From: Pristiophorus japonicus
Lineage: Eukaryota
Assembly: GCF_044704955.1 (NCBI RefSeq)
Contig: NC_091985.1
Span: 225,866,001-225,930,000, forward strand
Reading direction: 5' to 3'
DNA length: 64,000 nt
In this document: piece by piece, positions 62,056 to 64,000 of the stretch
Position numbering within the stretch: position 1 is the stretch's first letter
Layout: the number at the start of each line of letters is the position of its first letter
The notes under the pieces: generated by a model
What the model saw: the letters and a program-made list of their open reading frames with translations, nothing else
Database searches by the model: none
Told to the model about the DNA's origin: nothing
Program-made: the position numbers and the translations under genes

Positions 62056-64000
62056 GTAACACACAGTCTGATCTCACCGGGCCCCCGGGTTACACACTGT
62101 CTGATCTCACTGGGCCCGCGGGTTACACACTGTCTGATCTCACTGGGCCCGCGGGTTACACACTGTCTGATCTCACTAGGCCCCAGGTTACACACTGTCT
62201 GATCTCACTGGGCCCCTGGGACACACACTGTCTGATCTCACTGGGCCCCCGGATTACACACTGTCTGATCTCACAGGGCCTCCGGGTTACACACTGCCTG
62301 TTCTCACTGGGCCCCCGGGTTACACACTGTCTGATCTCACTGGGCCCCCGGGTTACACACTGTCTGATCTCTCTGGGCCCCCGGGTAACACACTGTCTGA
62401 TCTCACTGGGCCCCGGGTTACACACTGTCTGATCTCACTGGGCCCCCGGGTTACACACCGTCTGATCTCACTGGGCCCCGGGTTACACACTGTCTGATCT
62501 CACTGGGCCCCCGGGTTACACACTGTCTGATCTCACTGGGCCCACCCCCGGGTTACACACTGTCTGATCTCAGGCGGCCCCTGGGTTACAACTGTCTGAT
62601 CTCACTGCGCCGCCGGGTTACACACTGTCTGATCTCACTCGGCCCCCCAGGTTACACTCTGTCTGATCTCACTCGGCCCCCCGGGTTACACTCTGTCTGA
62701 TCTCACTGTGCCCCCGGGTTACACACTGTCTGGTCTCACTGGGCCCCAGGGTTACACACTGTCTGATCTCACTGGGACCCCGGGTTACACACTGTCTGAT
62801 CTCACTGGGCCCCCGGGTGACACAATGTCTGATTTCACTGGGCCCCCGAGTTACACACTGTCTGATCTCACCAGGCCTCCGGGTTACACACTGTCTGATC
62901 TCAATGCGCCCCCGGGTGACACACTGTCTGTTCTCACTGGGCCCCCAGGTTACACACTGTCTGTTCTCACTGGACCCCCGGGTTACACGCTGTCTGATCT
63001 CACTGGGCCCCCGGGTTAAACACTGTCTGATCTCACTGGGCCCCTGGGTTACACGCTGTCTGATCTCACTGGGCCCCCGGGTTAAGCACTGTCTGATCAC
63101 ACTGGGACCCCGGGTTACATACTGTCTGATCTCACTGGGCCCCCGGGTTACACACTGTCTGATCTCACTGGGCCCCCGGGTTACATCCTGTCTGATCTCA
63201 CTGGGCCCCCGGGTTAAACACTGTCTGATCTCACTGGGCCCCCGGGTTACACACTGTCTCACTGAGCCCATCGTCCCCGGGTTACACAGTGTCTGATCTT
63301 ACTGGGCCCCCGGGTTACACACTGTCTGATCTCACTGGGACCCCAGGTTACACACTGTCTGATCTCACCGGGCCCCCAGGTTACACGCTGTCTGATCTCA
63401 CTGGGCCCCCGGGTTACACACTGTCTGAGCTCACTGGGCGCCCGAGTTACACACTGTCTGATCTCACTGGGCCCCCGGGTTACGCACTGTCTGATCTCAC
63501 TGGGCCCATCCTCCCCGGGTCACACACTGTCTGATCTCACTGGGACCCGCGGTTACACACTGTCTGAGCTCACTGGGCGCCCGAGTTACACACTGTCTGA
63601 TCTCACTGGGACCCCAGGTTACACACTGTCTGATCTCACCGGGCCCCCAGGTTACACGCTGTCTGATCTCACTGGGACCCCGGGTTACACACTGTCTGAT
63701 CTCACCGGGCCCCCGGGTTACACACTGTCTGATCTTACTGGGCCCCCGAGTTACACACTGTCTGATCTCACTGGGACCCCGGGTTACACACTGTCTGATC
63801 TCACCGGGCCCCCGGGTTACACACTGTCTGATCTCACTGGGCCCCCGGGTTACACACTGTCTGATCTCACTGGCCCCTGGGTTAGACAATGCCTGATCTC
63901 ACTGGGCCCCCGGGTTACACACTGCCTGATCTCACTGGGCCCCTGGATTACACACTGTCTGAACTCACTGGGCCCCCGGGTTACACACTGTCTGAACTCA
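62056..64000. repeat. 33-bp satellite array, ~58 units, continuing past the window end
   Basis: Unit CACTGTCTGATCTCACTGGGCCCCCGGGTTACA. Confidence 0.97.

Noticed and set aside
62156-63889. ORFs of repeated RQCVTRGPSEI / PGYTLSDLTG
   Set aside because: Translation artefact of a 33-bp unit that is a multiple of three; frames break at indels.

Overview
Eukaryotic, repeat-dense vertebrate DNA, very probably from a cartilaginous fish (shark). The taxon is inferred from HER1-type CR1 LINEs, SacSINE1/Deu-type SINEs and shark-style KRAB-less C2H2 zinc-finger genes. The window is a C2H2 zinc-finger gene cluster: one intact 487-aa gene at 5299-6762, one open 8-finger frame at 56641-57315, and five decayed copies. 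These sit among nested CR1, L2, RTE, Tx1 and Penelope-like retroelements, solo LTRs and tandem repeats. The most notable element is a complete but decayed 10.7-kb provirus (36574-47271) with two ~637-bp LTRs, a tRNA-Ser-like PBS, gag with two CCHC knuckles, and a UAG in frame with protease. Its pol retains RNase H and integrase but has no retroviral RT. Its env lacks gamma-type motifs and resembles a paramyxo/pneumovirus F fusion protein, i.e. lokiretrovirus-like. The provirus sits between the promoter and first exon of a zinc-finger gene. Also notable are promoter minisatellites built from CCAAT+GC boxes and from NRF1 motifs. All homology calls are from manual reading; no searches were run.
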